A DNA stretch of 64,000 nt. Origin: Planctomycetota bacterium. Lineage in GTDB: Bacteria; Planctomycetota; SZUA-567; H5-PLA8. The stretch lies in NCBI GenBank assembly GCA_038227875.1, contig JBBRPR010000012.1:125619-189618 (forward strand), read 5' to 3'. Below are positions 26,066 through 36,470 of this stretch, one piece after another; the stretch's first letter is position 1, and each line of letters begins with the position of its first letter. Under the pieces are notes generated by a model. That model had not been told where the DNA came from, did not search any database, and was given only the letters and a program-made list of their open reading frames with translations. Position numbers and translations under genes: made by a program.

Positions 26066-29032
26066 TTACGCCGCGCGATCCAGATCGATACGCGAATTGG
26101 GCAGATTGAACCAGTACCCCAGCACAAGCACGAGGGTTACCACGATCAATTCGCCGACAATCAAACCAATGAAGAACGCGCGCACGCGCGTGTATGTATC
26201 ACGGCTGCCGTAGCGCGTCACCAGCGCCTTGGCCAGCCAGCCGAGGAAAATCGGGAACCAGTAGAAACGCATCAGCGGGTTGATCAGCATGATCATCCCG
26301 ATCGGATGCGGCAGCCAGAAGAGCGACTGGCGGAAGAAGAGCAGCGCCGCCATGGCCGTGGCGCCGGCGATCATCCACATGCCCAGCGAGAACGAGGCGG
26401 CCGGCGGATTCTGATTGACGCTCTTGAGCTGCGAATACAGATCCGGCGGCATGCCGGAGTAGAACCAGCCTTCCAGGCCGTTGGCGCCGTGCGCGTAGGC
26501 CATCATCAATGACGTGCCGATGGAGACGATCGCCGCCAGCGAAACGGCGACGACGATGGCCACGTGGTAGCGGCCGCGTTCGAGGCGCAGTTCATCGCGC
26601 ATTTTCAAACTGTTGGCGATCATTGGGGCGATGAACGATTTGATGTCGAGGAAAAAGACGGAGTAGTAAACCATGAGCGGGGTGAACATTGCCGGCGAAC
26701 TGTAGGACTGATCGAAGCCCAGGAACGTGCGGATAAAATGGAACGGACCGGCGAAGGCCTGGAAGCCCATGATGCCGCCCTCGGCGACCGCGCGGACCAG
26801 GCCGATGGTCAGCAGCAGAATTCCACCGAGGATCACCAGCGTGAAGCCGAGGTTCGCGCCCATGCCCTGCCACAGCATGAGAATCAGCCCGAGGGTGCAG
26901 CCGACGAAAAGACCCGAGGACCAGCGCAATTCGCGCTGTTCATCGAATTCCAATTCCTTCACGACGCTGGGTGCAAACGCGCAGAGGAGATATTTGCGAC
27001 ACGTGTACAGCGCGACGCTGGCGAACACGATCATCGCACCTTCACCCTGGGCGGTGGCGAAATTGAGCGTGTACCACCAATTGCTGGGGAACGAGTCCAT
27101 GTTCTCGCCGTAACCCAGTCCGCAAAGGATCAGCACCTGCAACAGGAAGAACAGGTAGAAGAACCAGAGCGAGAACGAGGTCTTCGCCGGCGTAAAGAAC
27201 GAGAGCCCGATCACGGTGAAGAAAATTTGCGACTGCGCGCGGGGGATCAGCGCTTTCAGGAACGTATCTTTGATGTACTCGGCCCAGCCACCGTCAAGAT
27301 TCAACGGCGCGATACCCTCAATCAGTCCGGCTTTGCTTAAAAAATTCCAACCCAGGATGCTGGCGGAAACGAAGAAGCCCAGCCAGAAGAGCCCGCTCTT
27401 AAACAGGTCGGGTACGCCACCCGGCTTCTCGTCGGAGTTTCCACCGATGATCATGGGCAGTTCGGCCAGTGGGTAGATCAGCTTTTCGTTGTGCGCCCAT
27501 TGGCGGAAGATCAGCACGTTGAACGTCATCAGGATCACGTAGGTCAGAATCGCCAGCAGTCCCCAGCGCCAGAGCACCGGCCACCACTGCGCCCATGGGG
27601 TGTCGCCGAAGAGGTAGCGCTTGGTCGAGACGTCGAACGACGGAAACTGCGCCACGATGGCACTCAACTGCGTGCGAGCCGCAGCGGCGGTCAGTTTGCC
27701 GGCAGTGATCTGCGTCGAAAATTGACGGAGATCGGCGACACAGGTCTTGATGCGGTTGGCGATTTCGAGTTGCTGATCCTTATTTGTCCGTTGCAGCGTG
27801 AGGCGGTCGCGCTCGGCCTGGGCGCTGGCCTTCTGCTTGTTCAGGTCCTTGATCTCGGCGGTCAGCTGCGCCATCTGTTCCATCGAAGCGCTCCGCTTGG
27901 CGGCGGTGCGTTTGGCCAGTTCCTGGTCGAGGCGTTCGATCTCCGCGCGGAGGTGTTCGACTTCGGCGATCAGATTTGACTGTGCAGCCGCGACGTCTTT
28001 GGCATCGCTGAGCGGTTCGAGCTTCGTGATCGCATTTTGCAGTGCACTGTCTTCGGACGATGCGACGAGGTCCTCGTCTTTGAGCGCTGCGAGTTTCGTG
28101 TTGAGTTCAGTCAGTCCGCTGAGCGCCGATGATCCGGTCGTCAGGCGATGCAGGCGGCCCCAGTAGCTTTGCGAATCGTCGCCGGGCACAGGGATGATGC
28201 CGGGATAGGCCTGCATCGTTTTTGGCAGGCCGCGCCGGAAGAGCTCAACCTTGGCGGCCGCTTTGTCGGTCAGTTGTTTCAGCGATTCCCTATGCGCCTC
28301 GACGAGCTTCTTCTGTTCGACAATTTGCGAGGGATACGTTTTGACGATCTCTTCGGGCGCGGGCGGGGGAGGGTTCTTGCTGGCGGCGTAGTTCTTCCAG
28401 AGCTTCTCCGCGTCGTCGGCGTAGCGTTGTGCGCGCGCGACGGCTGTTGCATGCGCGGGCTCCGGCAGGGCCTCTGCGGTTTTGACTTCGGCCTTGCGCG
28501 CCACGACGTCGTCGGCGAGTTTCTGGACCTTGCTCAGGTCTTCGTAGCGCACCAGGACTTCGCGGTACTCCTTCGCGGCGTCCTGGATGCCGGGCTCGGC
28601 CAGGAAATAATTTTCGCTGACGAACGGTTCGACGTAGCGGTTCCATTCGGCCTGCTCGGTGTTCCAATCCTTATAGAACATGCTGCCGACGATCGGCACC
28701 ATCTGCATCGTCAGTCCGTAGATCGAAATGCCCGACGAGACGGCGCCCATGATGAAGACGATCAGGATTTCGGGAATCGTAAACGGCTTGATGAAGCGAA
28801 TCAGCTTTAAGAAAGGATTGAGCAGCAGGACCATCGCCAGCAGCAGCGCGTAACACAATGGTGCGATCTGCGTCGACGCGATGTAGACCGGCGACGACGT
28901 GTTCATGCCGAGGATCGCGACGTAGGCGAAAAACGCGGAGAAGAACGCCCCCGCGAGCATCGCGCGGAAGGTGATCATGCGGGGTTTCTTCACGTTCGTT
29001 TCAGACACAATGGTTCCCAATTTCCCAAACAC
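26066..29032 (-). CDS. Polytopic membrane protein (DUF6785/DUF6784-like, OPT-related) with large helical insertion
   Basis: FRQWAHNEKLIYPLAELP and WLPHPIG..FFIGLIVGE motifs; many TM segments; about 320-aa charged helical insert. Confidence 0.7.
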   Translation of the reverse strand: MFGKLGTIVSETNVKKPRMITFRAMLAGAFFSAFFAYVAILGMNTSSPVYIASTQIAPLCYALLLAMVLLLNPFLKLIRFIKPFTIPEILIVFIMGAVSSGISIYGLTMQMVPIVGSMFYKDWNTEQAEWNRYVEPFVSENYFLAEPGIQDAAKEYREVLVRYEDLSKVQKLADDVVARKAEVKTAEALPEPAHATAVARAQRYADDAEKLWKNYAASKNPPPPAPEEIVKTYPSQIVEQKKLVEAHRESLKQLTDKAAAKVELFRRGLPKTMQAYPGIIPVPGDDSQSYWGRLHRLTTGSSALSGLTELNTKLAALKDEDLVASSEDSALQNAITKLEPLSDAKDVAAAQSNLIAEVEHLRAEIERLDQELAKRTAAKRSASMEQMAQLTAEIKDLNKQKASAQAERDRLTLQRTNKDQQLEIANRIKTCVADLRQFSTQITAGKLTAAAARTQLSAIVAQFPSFDVSTKRYLFGDTPWAQWWPVLWRWGLLAILTYVILMTFNVLIFRQWAHNEKLIYPLAELPMIIGGNSDEKPGGVPDLFKSGLFWLGFFVSASILGWNFLSKAGLIEGIAPLNLDGGWAEYIKDTFLKALIPRAQSQIFFTVIGLSFFTPAKTSFSLWFFYLFFLLQVLILCGLGYGENMDSFPSNWWYTLNFATAQGEGAMIVFASVALYTCRKYLLCAFAPSVVKELEFDEQRELRWSSGLFVGCTLGLILMLWQGMGANLGFTLVILGGILLLTIGLVRAVAEGGIMGFQAFAGPFHFIRTFLGFDQSYSSPAMFTPLMVYYSVFFLDIKSFIAPMIANSLKMRDELRLERGRYHVAIVVAVSLAAIVSIGTSLMMAYAHGANGLEGWFYSGMPPDLYSQLKSVNQNPPAASFSLGMWMIAGATAMAALLFFRQSLFWLPHPIGMIMLINPLMRFYWFPIFLGWLAKALVTRYGSRDTYTRVRAFFIGLIVGELIVVTLVLVLGYWFNLPNSRIDLDRAA

Positions 29033-29048
29033 TCTCTTTTTAGAAACG

Positions 29049-31046
29049 TCAGTACACCAGCGGCGACATCATCTTGATCAGGATCGTAATTGCCACGGAG
29101 ATCATCGCGATCAACCCCGTCCCGCACGCGAATCCCGCAGCCAGCACTGGAGCGTAGCGGTACCACATTTCGCCGAACTTCTTGTGAAAGTAATAGCGCC
29201 CCAGGAACGCGCCGGTCAGTTCCAGAAGCGCGGAGCAGGGCATGTTCTGCCCCAGGCCGCGGACAACGCCGAAGACCAGGAGCGTCGGCATGCCGAAGAA
29301 GGAGAGAACGAAGAACGAGCCCAATCCCGTGCCCAGTCCCCAGAGAAAATTCGGCCACTTCCACGCTTCGAGGAACGGCGAGGTTCCGCCGGTGGTTGCG
29401 CTGAAGGTCAGCGCAGTCTGCTTGGCTTTCAAGTCCCACATCTGCTGTGCGTAGGGATAGGCACCGGACGGGATGTCGGCCATCTGCCAGAGCAATTGCG
29501 AGAAGATCAACGATGAGATGACGACAATCGGCAGCACGACGATCGTGGCCTTGATCACGCTTTTAAGTTTGGTGCCGGTGAGTTCCATGACGCGGAACGA
29601 GACGGTGGCTTCGCCGTAATTGGGAATCGGCGCCGGCGCGAACCAGATCTTTACTCCTTGATAGCCGCTGAGAATAAACGTCGCTTCTTTAATCAGCGGG
29701 ATGCTGACCGCCTGGCCGGCGAGGCCTTCGAGCTTCGCTGTCGCGTAGGAAATCAGCGGCGTGTAGACCGTCGCGTAGAACGCGAAGAATTGCCACGGGA
29801 AACCTTCGATCAGGTAGCATGAGAGGACAATCCAGAATGTGCTGGTGAAAACGTAGATGCCCAGCGCGGCGTAGATCGAAAAGTCGCCGCGCCGCGGGTC
29901 GTTGGTGACCAACCGTTGCCAGGCGCTGGGCTCCGACGCATCGACGCTCTTGTCTTTGGCCACGCCGGCCCTGGCGAGCCTCCGCAGCGCGATCATTGGC
30001 GCGATGATTTGAATCATGCTGATGATGACGATGGCGATGGTCTGCCCCACGCCGAACGACAGGTAGAAGTCGACGGTGTTGCTGTAGAGCGTATCGGTCA
30101 CCCGCATCTGCGGATTCCAAGTGGTGAGAATGCCCCACTTATAGAGCAGCGGATTGAGGATGAACGTGGAGAGCACCCCGATCGCGCTGCCGATCACCGC
30201 CCAGAACGGCAGCACCATACCCCAGATGATCGAGCCGATATCGAAGGAAAAGTTGACCGGCGTCGCGGGAAGCACGGAGGATGTTTGCGGCGTGAAGTCG
30301 ACCCAGGGAATGGGCAGCAGTTCGATCTTCTTGCTGAGAATCTGTGAGGTAATCGCCGGGATTCCGATATAGATCGAGGCGAAAATGATTCCCACCACGC
30401 CGCCGATCGAGAAGCAGCGCCAGCGCCACGGTTCCTTCGAGCCCTTCGGATCCGTCAGTGCCGTGATGCCCGACGCGCTGACCGGCGCCATGGGAAACGG
30501 CAGCTTTTCGACGTCGTTGGTGATGCGGTAAAGAACGTAGCCCAGTCCATATTGATCGAGCTTGCCGATCACCAGCCCCAGCGAACAGAGCATAATCGGC
30601 GTGAACCAGCCAGCGGTGAAGAAGGTGCGCCCGCTCGCACGGATCGTCGCCGCCGAGGGCGCGAACCAGGTGGGAATATCCTGCGCCATGCCCATGGAGC
30701 GCATCGCGTCGGACTGGACGAGGTACTGATTCCAGAGCAGGCCTTCAAAGGGGGAACTCAGCGCCATGCCGGACATGAAGAAGAGGATGTAGACTTCCTG
30801 CACTTTCAATTCTTTGAGCGAGCGGCGGGCAATTTCGGCGAAGAGAATGACCGTGACCCACTTTGCCGCGTCGCTGACGCCGCCGGATCCACCGACGAAG
30901 AGATTCAGGTACATCGACGCCGGGAGCATGAAGAAGCCCACGAACGCCGCGCCGGCCGCCGCACGCCAGTTGAAACCATCCTCGAAGTGCTCGGGCGGTT
31001 TCATCAGATCGCGGTAGCGATTGAGTTCTGCGTCCTGTTTGAACAT
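29049..31046 (-). CDS. OPT/YSL-superfamily-like membrane transporter
   Basis: FEDGFNWRAAAGA at the N-terminus; DVEKLPFPMAPVSASG matches the EKLxF/YP-type OPT motif; about 14-16 TM segments. Confidence 0.65.
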   Translation of the reverse strand: MFKQDAELNRYRDLMKPPEHFEDGFNWRAAAGAAFVGFFMLPASMYLNLFVGGSGGVSDAAKWVTVILFAEIARRSLKELKVQEVYILFFMSGMALSSPFEGLLWNQYLVQSDAMRSMGMAQDIPTWFAPSAATIRASGRTFFTAGWFTPIMLCSLGLVIGKLDQYGLGYVLYRITNDVEKLPFPMAPVSASGITALTDPKGSKEPWRWRCFSIGGVVGIIFASIYIGIPAITSQILSKKIELLPIPWVDFTPQTSSVLPATPVNFSFDIGSIIWGMVLPFWAVIGSAIGVLSTFILNPLLYKWGILTTWNPQMRVTDTLYSNTVDFYLSFGVGQTIAIVIISMIQIIAPMIALRRLARAGVAKDKSVDASEPSAWQRLVTNDPRRGDFSIYAALGIYVFTSTFWIVLSCYLIEGFPWQFFAFYATVYTPLISYATAKLEGLAGQAVSIPLIKEATFILSGYQGVKIWFAPAPIPNYGEATVSFRVMELTGTKLKSVIKATIVVLPIVVISSLIFSQLLWQMADIPSGAYPYAQQMWDLKAKQTALTFSATTGGTSPFLEAWKWPNFLWGLGTGLGSFFVLSFFGMPTLLVFGVVRGLGQNMPCSALLELTGAFLGRYYFHKKFGEMWYRYAPVLAAGFACGTGLIAMISVAITILIKMMSPLVY

Positions 31047-31099
31047 CAGCGGTTCGTTTTCACTCCGTCGACTTCAACACATCATGAACGTCAACAACG

Positions 31100-34000
31100 T
31101 CAGGCCACGGGCCCGGCACTCACGACTTTCATCGATTCTTCCGCCGCCAGCGCGTAGGCGGACTGCTCCTGCTTGCTCAGGCTGCGCCAATGCATCAGGT
31201 ACGTGCGCAGTTTTTCGAGGAACGGTTTGTTGGTCGTGACCCAGTTGGTGTCCTGACCCGAAACTCGAACCGTCGTGAGCATGATGCCATAGGATTGTAC
31301 GCGCTCATCGTACGCAGCGGTGAAGGTCACCCGTTGCGTTACGCCAAGATCAAAAGGAGCGAGTGCCAGGTCGTACGAGAGCGAGTACGTGTCGCGGCCC
31401 TTGTCGTCCTTGCCTTTGTTGCGCGAGGGATGCGACGCGATCAGATCGCCCATCGACGCTTCGGTAAAGCGCGCGAAGTATTCTTCCAGGTAGCCGACGA
31501 CACCGCTGACGACTTCCGGGTGATAGATGAAGGGGAACGTGGTCTTCATGGTGTGGCCATCGTGTTCGGGGAACGACCATTTGCGTTTTCCTGACGGCAC
31601 TGCCGCACGGGTCGCCACGATGGCGGGATAGAGCGTCGAAACCAGAACCATCGAAATGGTGAAGAGGATCACGTAGATGACCTTCAGCGACGCGAAGTTG
31701 AGGTCGATGCCGGTGATGCCCAGATGAATCAGCAGGATGCTTAAGAACTGCCCGATCAGATACCCGCCCACCGAACCGACAATGCCATACACAAATGCTT
31801 CGGAAAGAAAGAACATGCCGATGTGATTGGGATTGAGTCCGATCGCGTTGTAGATCGCGATCTCCCGTTTGCGTTCGAAGACGGAGCCGAGCATGGTGTT
31901 GAGAATGATCGTGCCGGAGATCAGCAGCGGAATGATCAGCGAGGCGAGATTGCCGACGGCGGTTTTGAATCCCGAGCCGATGTAGTATACGCCGGAGCTC
32001 ATCGTCTGGGCGTCGTTGCCTTTTGTGGTTTGGTCTTCCGAGCCGCTGGCTTTAAACGGAGCCTGGCTGGCGATATAGAAATTCGCCTGCGTCTCTGTGA
32101 GCAGGTGGAGCACGTTCTTCCAGACGTCCTGGTTTTCGGCGTTGAAGCGGATTGAAATGCTGTACGGTGTCGCGCCCATGCGCTCGGCGCGTTCGACCGG
32201 CAGGATCAACATGGTCGACGTGTCGTTGTACAACCCGGTCTGATCCTTAGCCGCGCCGGCTTCGCCGCCAGCACCGGGGACAGCCGCCGGATCCGCAGCG
32301 CCTTCCTTCTGCGGCACGAGCAGGTATCCATCGATGTCCTTCATGCGACGGAAAGATTCGTCGTCGACGATGCCGGCGACCGTGAAATCGACGTCGCGGA
32401 AATGAATTTTTGCCGTGGCGATGTTCTCTTTGGTGATGCCGAGCACTTCGGCGATGCTGTTGGGGATGAGCACTTCGTCGGCGCGGTCGGACGTGAAGTA
32501 ATGTCCCGCCAGCAGCGGCATGCGGCCGAGGAATCCGTCTTCGAGCATGGACAGACCGAGCACCGATTCGATGCGCACCGTTTTGCCGCTCGGCGCTTCG
32601 GCAACAAAGGGCTGAACCATGCGGTCGTACTGCGCCTGTAGCATCCAGCGCCGGACATTGATGTCGCCCTTGCCGTAGAACATTTCGCGGAAGGCGGTGA
32701 GCGATGCTTCGTCCATGCGCTTGCCGGGCCAATGGTACATCAACCCGGTGTACGGCGGAATATCTTTAGAGACCGAAACGGTGGTGGGGCTCATCGTCTG
32801 CGAAATGCTGGTGAACGAAAGCATGGTGAACGTGATCAGGACAATCGTTGCCGTGGTCAGCGCCGTGCGCACACGGCGGCGGCGCATGTTGTTGACGCCG
32901 ATCAGCATCGCTTTCTGCCCGACGGTGCCGTAGCCGACGTCCGCGCCGTCGTGGCCGGCGAAATTCTGGAAGAGCAACGTCATCTCGCCTTCAAAACGGC
33001 CGTGCAGAATCTTGACGACAAAGGTGGCCAGGCCCCCCATTACAAAGGCGATAAGAATCCCTTCCGGTGCCTTGGCGATGGCGAACGCGGGATGGATTTC
33101 GCGGAAGAGCACGTATGCGAGCACGAACAGACCGAAGAACGCGCCGATCTGCGCTTCGATCTTGACCACGTTGAAGAGCAGTTTCTGCATGAAGAAACAG
33201 AAGGGTAGAATCAGCGCCATGTAGAAAATCACGCCGCGGAGCATGTCGTTTGTGGTGCCGGCCAGTTGCAGATAGGCCTGGCGTTCGGCGCCCATCGCCG
33301 TGTGCTGTGCCTGCAGGTAGGCGGTGTAATCGTTGGCCTTGCGCTTAGCGGCGGCTTCGTCCAGATGCGCTTTGCCCTGTTTCATGAAATCGCTGGCCAG
33401 CTCAATCGAGACGCCGTGCAGACGGCCCAGGCGGAAACGGTTGAGCGCATCGAGATCGCGGGCGGCCGCGGCGAAGTAATCGGGACCAAGTTGTTGCGGC
33501 GAATCGTAGCCGATGCCTTCGGGCTGTTCGGTCGTGGAATTCAGTGCAGGGACTTGCGTCAGAATCTTTACGCTGGCGGCGGTCGGATCGATATAGAGGG
33601 AGCCTGGAAAGGAGGACGTCGGGATCGCGGTGGTGTAACGTTTGCCGGAACCGCCGAGCACCAATCCGCTCGCCCCCATTTTCTGAGGCGGAGATTCGCG
33701 CTTGCCGTCGAGAGGCCTGAAGTCGGTCACGGCAATCGGAGAAACGGCGATCAGCGCCGGATTATCACGCGTCAGAATTGGAAACTCGCGGCACTGGAAC
33801 ATCACGAACGACTGACTGGTCAAATTCATCGCGAAGTTCGAGGTCAGCGTCGCTTCCTTTTCACCGCCGTCGACAGTTTGCAGCACCTCGCGGTAGTCCT
33901 TGTCCATTTGAAAGGCGTTGTTGAGTACGTGAACTACGTAGTGATTGATGCAATAGAAGGTGACGGTGGCTCGTTCGTCGGTCAATTGGCTGTAGGCCTG

Positions 34001-36076
34001 CACGACATCGCCAACAACGGCTTGCGCGACACTGACGTTGCGCAGTTGGACAAACGCATTGGATACGAGAACTTCAGGTAGCACCGCCGAAGAAAATTTA
34101 TCGAACTGCAGCGTCTTAATCTGCAACGGCCAGGCTGTGCGCCCGTTCGGATTGGGTTTGCCCAGTCCGGAAACATCCGTGGCGAGCATGCTGCGCAGCA
34201 ATTCCTGGACGTACGCCGACTGGCTTCCGACAATCTGCGCATCGAGGCGGCTAAACGTATCCTCAGGTGTGAAAATGCGGTCGCCAAAGGCGAAGACGTC
34301 GAGCAGCGCGAGCGCGGGCGTTTTCTGGCTGGTCTGGATGTACATGAGATCGCCGGGCGCCGCGAAGTAGTAACTCTCCGGCAGCCCGCCGTTGAACGTC
34401 ATGGTATCGACGAGCGGATTTTTGCGGCCGGCCTTCACCCCGGGGAGTTCCGCGGACATCTCCATCAGCTTTGCGCCGTAGCGGTTTCGCCAATCGGGGT
34501 TTCCCCAGGAACTTCCCGAAGAAAATCCCAGCGATTTTCCATTCCACGACATTTGCAGCGACAGCGCCCACGTGACGTTGCGCCCCTGCAGCGCCACGCG
34601 AATGGCGTTGTTCGCTTCAATCTGATCCAGATCGGCCTGGTTAAGTTTGGCCTTGTTCACCTCCCCGTTCAGGACTTCGTCGACGTTCTTGCTTAAGATT
34701 TCCACTTCGTCGGCGGTCAAGTCGCTGAACTTTTTCGTGCGGCCATACTTGTTGAAGAGCATTTCAATGCTGAGCAGGCGCTGGTAGTCGATTTTCGCCT
34801 GCTGCGATTTTTCCGCGTCGACTTCCCGGCTCTTGGCGAGATTGGCGGCCGGCTCGATCTTGTTCAGCAGTGCTCGTTTGACCGGCAGCTGCTTGCCCGT
34901 CGACGTGTCGATCTGTTCGCGCAGGGTCACCAGCAGATCTTCCACCGCCTGCTTTGCGGCAGCGTCGTTGGGCGCGTCCTTGGCTTTATTCACGAGCTCC
35001 GACAGGTTGCGGTAGTGCGACGCGTACATCTCCTCCAGGCGCATGTCCTGCAGGATCATGTCGCGGACGGTGTCGAGGTCCTTCATCGGCGCGCAGAGAT
35101 GCGTGGCGAGCATGCGTTCGCCGAGGTAGTTCTGGGTGTGCGCGTTGACGGCGACGAGAATCACCGAGCGCGCCGGCGGCATGGCCTTGTAGGCTTTCAG
35201 CAGCTGCGTCAGCAGAAACAGATTCGCGCCGGCCTGCGCGCCCGCAGCGCGTTCCGGGATGATCGCGTTGGAATCCAGCGGCGCGTAAATCACGCAGACG
35301 TCGTTTTTCAGCGTCGCGTCGGCACCGGGGACGAGCACCCAGGGATCGCGGAGGTACGTGTTCTTCCAGATCGACGGCTCGCAGTTGAAATCGGCGTCAA
35401 TAGTGCCCGTCTTCAATGCTGCGATGAGTTTCTTGCCGTCGTCTTCAGAGACCGCGAAGCGCGGCACGGCCGTTTCGGTGTCGTACACTTTGGAGTAGGC
35501 GTCGACGCCTTCAATGTGCCCCGATGGCAAAAAGATAAAACCTTTGACGCCAAAACGCAGCAACCGGACCCAATTGATGCCACAGTTAAAGTCCAGCACG
35601 ACGACCGAGCCGCTGAGCTCCGTGCCCTTGATCGCGGCGAGGTCTTCGAGCTGGCCACGGCCGAGGTAAATCAGCGGCGCTTTGAAAGCCGTTTCCTTGA
35701 AGTTGCCCGGCCGCATCAGCGACGGATGCAGTGGCTGCAAGGCGTAGGTCGTCCCGCCGACAGCCACGGAGCTCTTGCCGGGGACGAACACGGGCGTCTG
35801 GAAACGGATCGCGCCGTGATCGAAACCGCTGGCCGCGAACAACTGCGCGACTTTTTCTTCCGTTTTCGTATTTCCGTCGCTGCCCGGAAAACGGACCTCC
35901 GCGCCCTTGAAGAATTCCTGGAGCTCTGTGAAATACTGTGCGCTGGCTTCCGGAGTCGCCCAAGGCCCCGTCGACGGGCTCACGCCGGGATCTTCGGCCC
36001 GTGCGTCCCCGTGTCCCGCCAACAGGCCGACGAGCGTCAGGGCAGCGATCAATGTAAGTGAGCGGCTAAAGGTCAT
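31100..36076 (-). CDS. Giant FtsX-family permease with N-terminal M28-peptidase/PA-like ectodomain
   Basis: ATG 36076 (ATGA overlap) plus signal peptide; PA-like APLIYLGRG; M28-like APLDS; NMRRRRVRTALT and LNTMLGSVFERKREIAIYNAIG FtsX motifs. Confidence 0.8.
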   Translation of the reverse strand: MTFSRSLTLIAALTLVGLLAGHGDARAEDPGVSPSTGPWATPEASAQYFTELQEFFKGAEVRFPGSDGNTKTEEKVAQLFAASGFDHGAIRFQTPVFVPGKSSVAVGGTTYALQPLHPSLMRPGNFKETAFKAPLIYLGRGQLEDLAAIKGTELSGSVVVLDFNCGINWVRLLRFGVKGFIFLPSGHIEGVDAYSKVYDTETAVPRFAVSEDDGKKLIAALKTGTIDADFNCEPSIWKNTYLRDPWVLVPGADATLKNDVCVIYAPLDSNAIIPERAAGAQAGANLFLLTQLLKAYKAMPPARSVILVAVNAHTQNYLGERMLATHLCAPMKDLDTVRDMILQDMRLEEMYASHYRNLSELVNKAKDAPNDAAAKQAVEDLLVTLREQIDTSTGKQLPVKRALLNKIEPAANLAKSREVDAEKSQQAKIDYQRLLSIEMLFNKYGRTKKFSDLTADEVEILSKNVDEVLNGEVNKAKLNQADLDQIEANNAIRVALQGRNVTWALSLQMSWNGKSLGFSSGSSWGNPDWRNRYGAKLMEMSAELPGVKAGRKNPLVDTMTFNGGLPESYYFAAPGDLMYIQTSQKTPALALLDVFAFGDRIFTPEDTFSRLDAQIVGSQSAYVQELLRSMLATDVSGLGKPNPNGRTAWPLQIKTLQFDKFSSAVLPEVLVSNAFVQLRNVSVAQAVVGDVVQAYSQLTDERATVTFYCINHYVVHVLNNAFQMDKDYREVLQTVDGGEKEATLTSNFAMNLTSQSFVMFQCREFPILTRDNPALIAVSPIAVTDFRPLDGKRESPPQKMGASGLVLGGSGKRYTTAIPTSSFPGSLYIDPTAASVKILTQVPALNSTTEQPEGIGYDSPQQLGPDYFAAAARDLDALNRFRLGRLHGVSIELASDFMKQGKAHLDEAAAKRKANDYTAYLQAQHTAMGAERQAYLQLAGTTNDMLRGVIFYMALILPFCFFMQKLLFNVVKIEAQIGAFFGLFVLAYVLFREIHPAFAIAKAPEGILIAFVMGGLATFVVKILHGRFEGEMTLLFQNFAGHDGADVGYGTVGQKAMLIGVNNMRRRRVRTALTTATIVLITFTMLSFTSISQTMSPTTVSVSKDIPPYTGLMYHWPGKRMDEASLTAFREMFYGKGDINVRRWMLQAQYDRMVQPFVAEAPSGKTVRIESVLGLSMLEDGFLGRMPLLAGHYFTSDRADEVLIPNSIAEVLGITKENIATAKIHFRDVDFTVAGIVDDESFRRMKDIDGYLLVPQKEGAADPAAVPGAGGEAGAAKDQTGLYNDTSTMLILPVERAERMGATPYSISIRFNAENQDVWKNVLHLLTETQANFYIASQAPFKASGSEDQTTKGNDAQTMSSGVYYIGSGFKTAVGNLASLIIPLLISGTIILNTMLGSVFERKREIAIYNAIGLNPNHIGMFFLSEAFVYGIVGSVGGYLIGQFLSILLIHLGITGIDLNFASLKVIYVILFTISMVLVSTLYPAIVATRAAVPSGKRKWSFPEHDGHTMKTTFPFIYHPEVVSGVVGYLEEYFARFTEASMGDLIASHPSRNKGKDDKGRDTYSLSYDLALAPFDLGVTQRVTFTAAYDERVQSYGIMLTTVRVSGQDTNWVTTNKPFLEKLRTYLMHWRSLSKQEQSAYALAAEESMKVVSAGPVA

Positions 36077-36432
36077 CGGATGGCGATGGAGATGATGCAC
36101 CGTTGAAGGAGGGTCTTCAGAAACGACACAATGCACATCTCCGCTTCCCTCGGGTGAACTTTGAAACGGGCCACGAATTCATCTTTCAATTGCAGTGCGG
36201 TCTTCTTGCCGTCGATCTGCGTCAGCACGAACGCGCCGAGCGCATCGAGCTCAAAGCGGCGATCGAATTCCTTGGGACGCAGCATTCCCAGCAATCCGGG
36301 CGCGCGTTTCACGCGCACTGAAACGACGAGGACGCCGCCGGACTTCTCCTTCCAGGAGACTTCCGGATTCACCACCGGCACTCCCATCAGCGAGTGCTTG
36401 CGATCAATGCGTTCCAGTGTTGCCTTCGCCAT
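36073..36432 (-). CDS. PqqD-family / RiPP recognition element (RRE)-like protein
   Basis: FELDALGAFVLTQIDGKKTALQLKDEFVARF....AEMCIVSFLKTLLQRCII is the PqqD winged-helix pattern; GGAAAAGG upstream. Confidence 0.85.
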   Translation of the reverse strand: MAKATLERIDRKHSLMGVPVVNPEVSWKEKSGGVLVVSVRVKRAPGLLGMLRPKEFDRRFELDALGAFVLTQIDGKKTALQLKDEFVARFKVHPREAEMCIVSFLKTLLQRCIISIAIR

Positions 36433-36470
36433 TTCCCTTTTCCAAGCCGGACGTCACAGCAGTCCTTCTG

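Noticed and set aside
36073..36432. PQQ biosynthesis locus
   Set aside because: No pqqA, pqqB, pqqC or pqqE in the window; the 50301-51527 propeller is a generic PQQ-like repeat protein, not evidence of PQQ use
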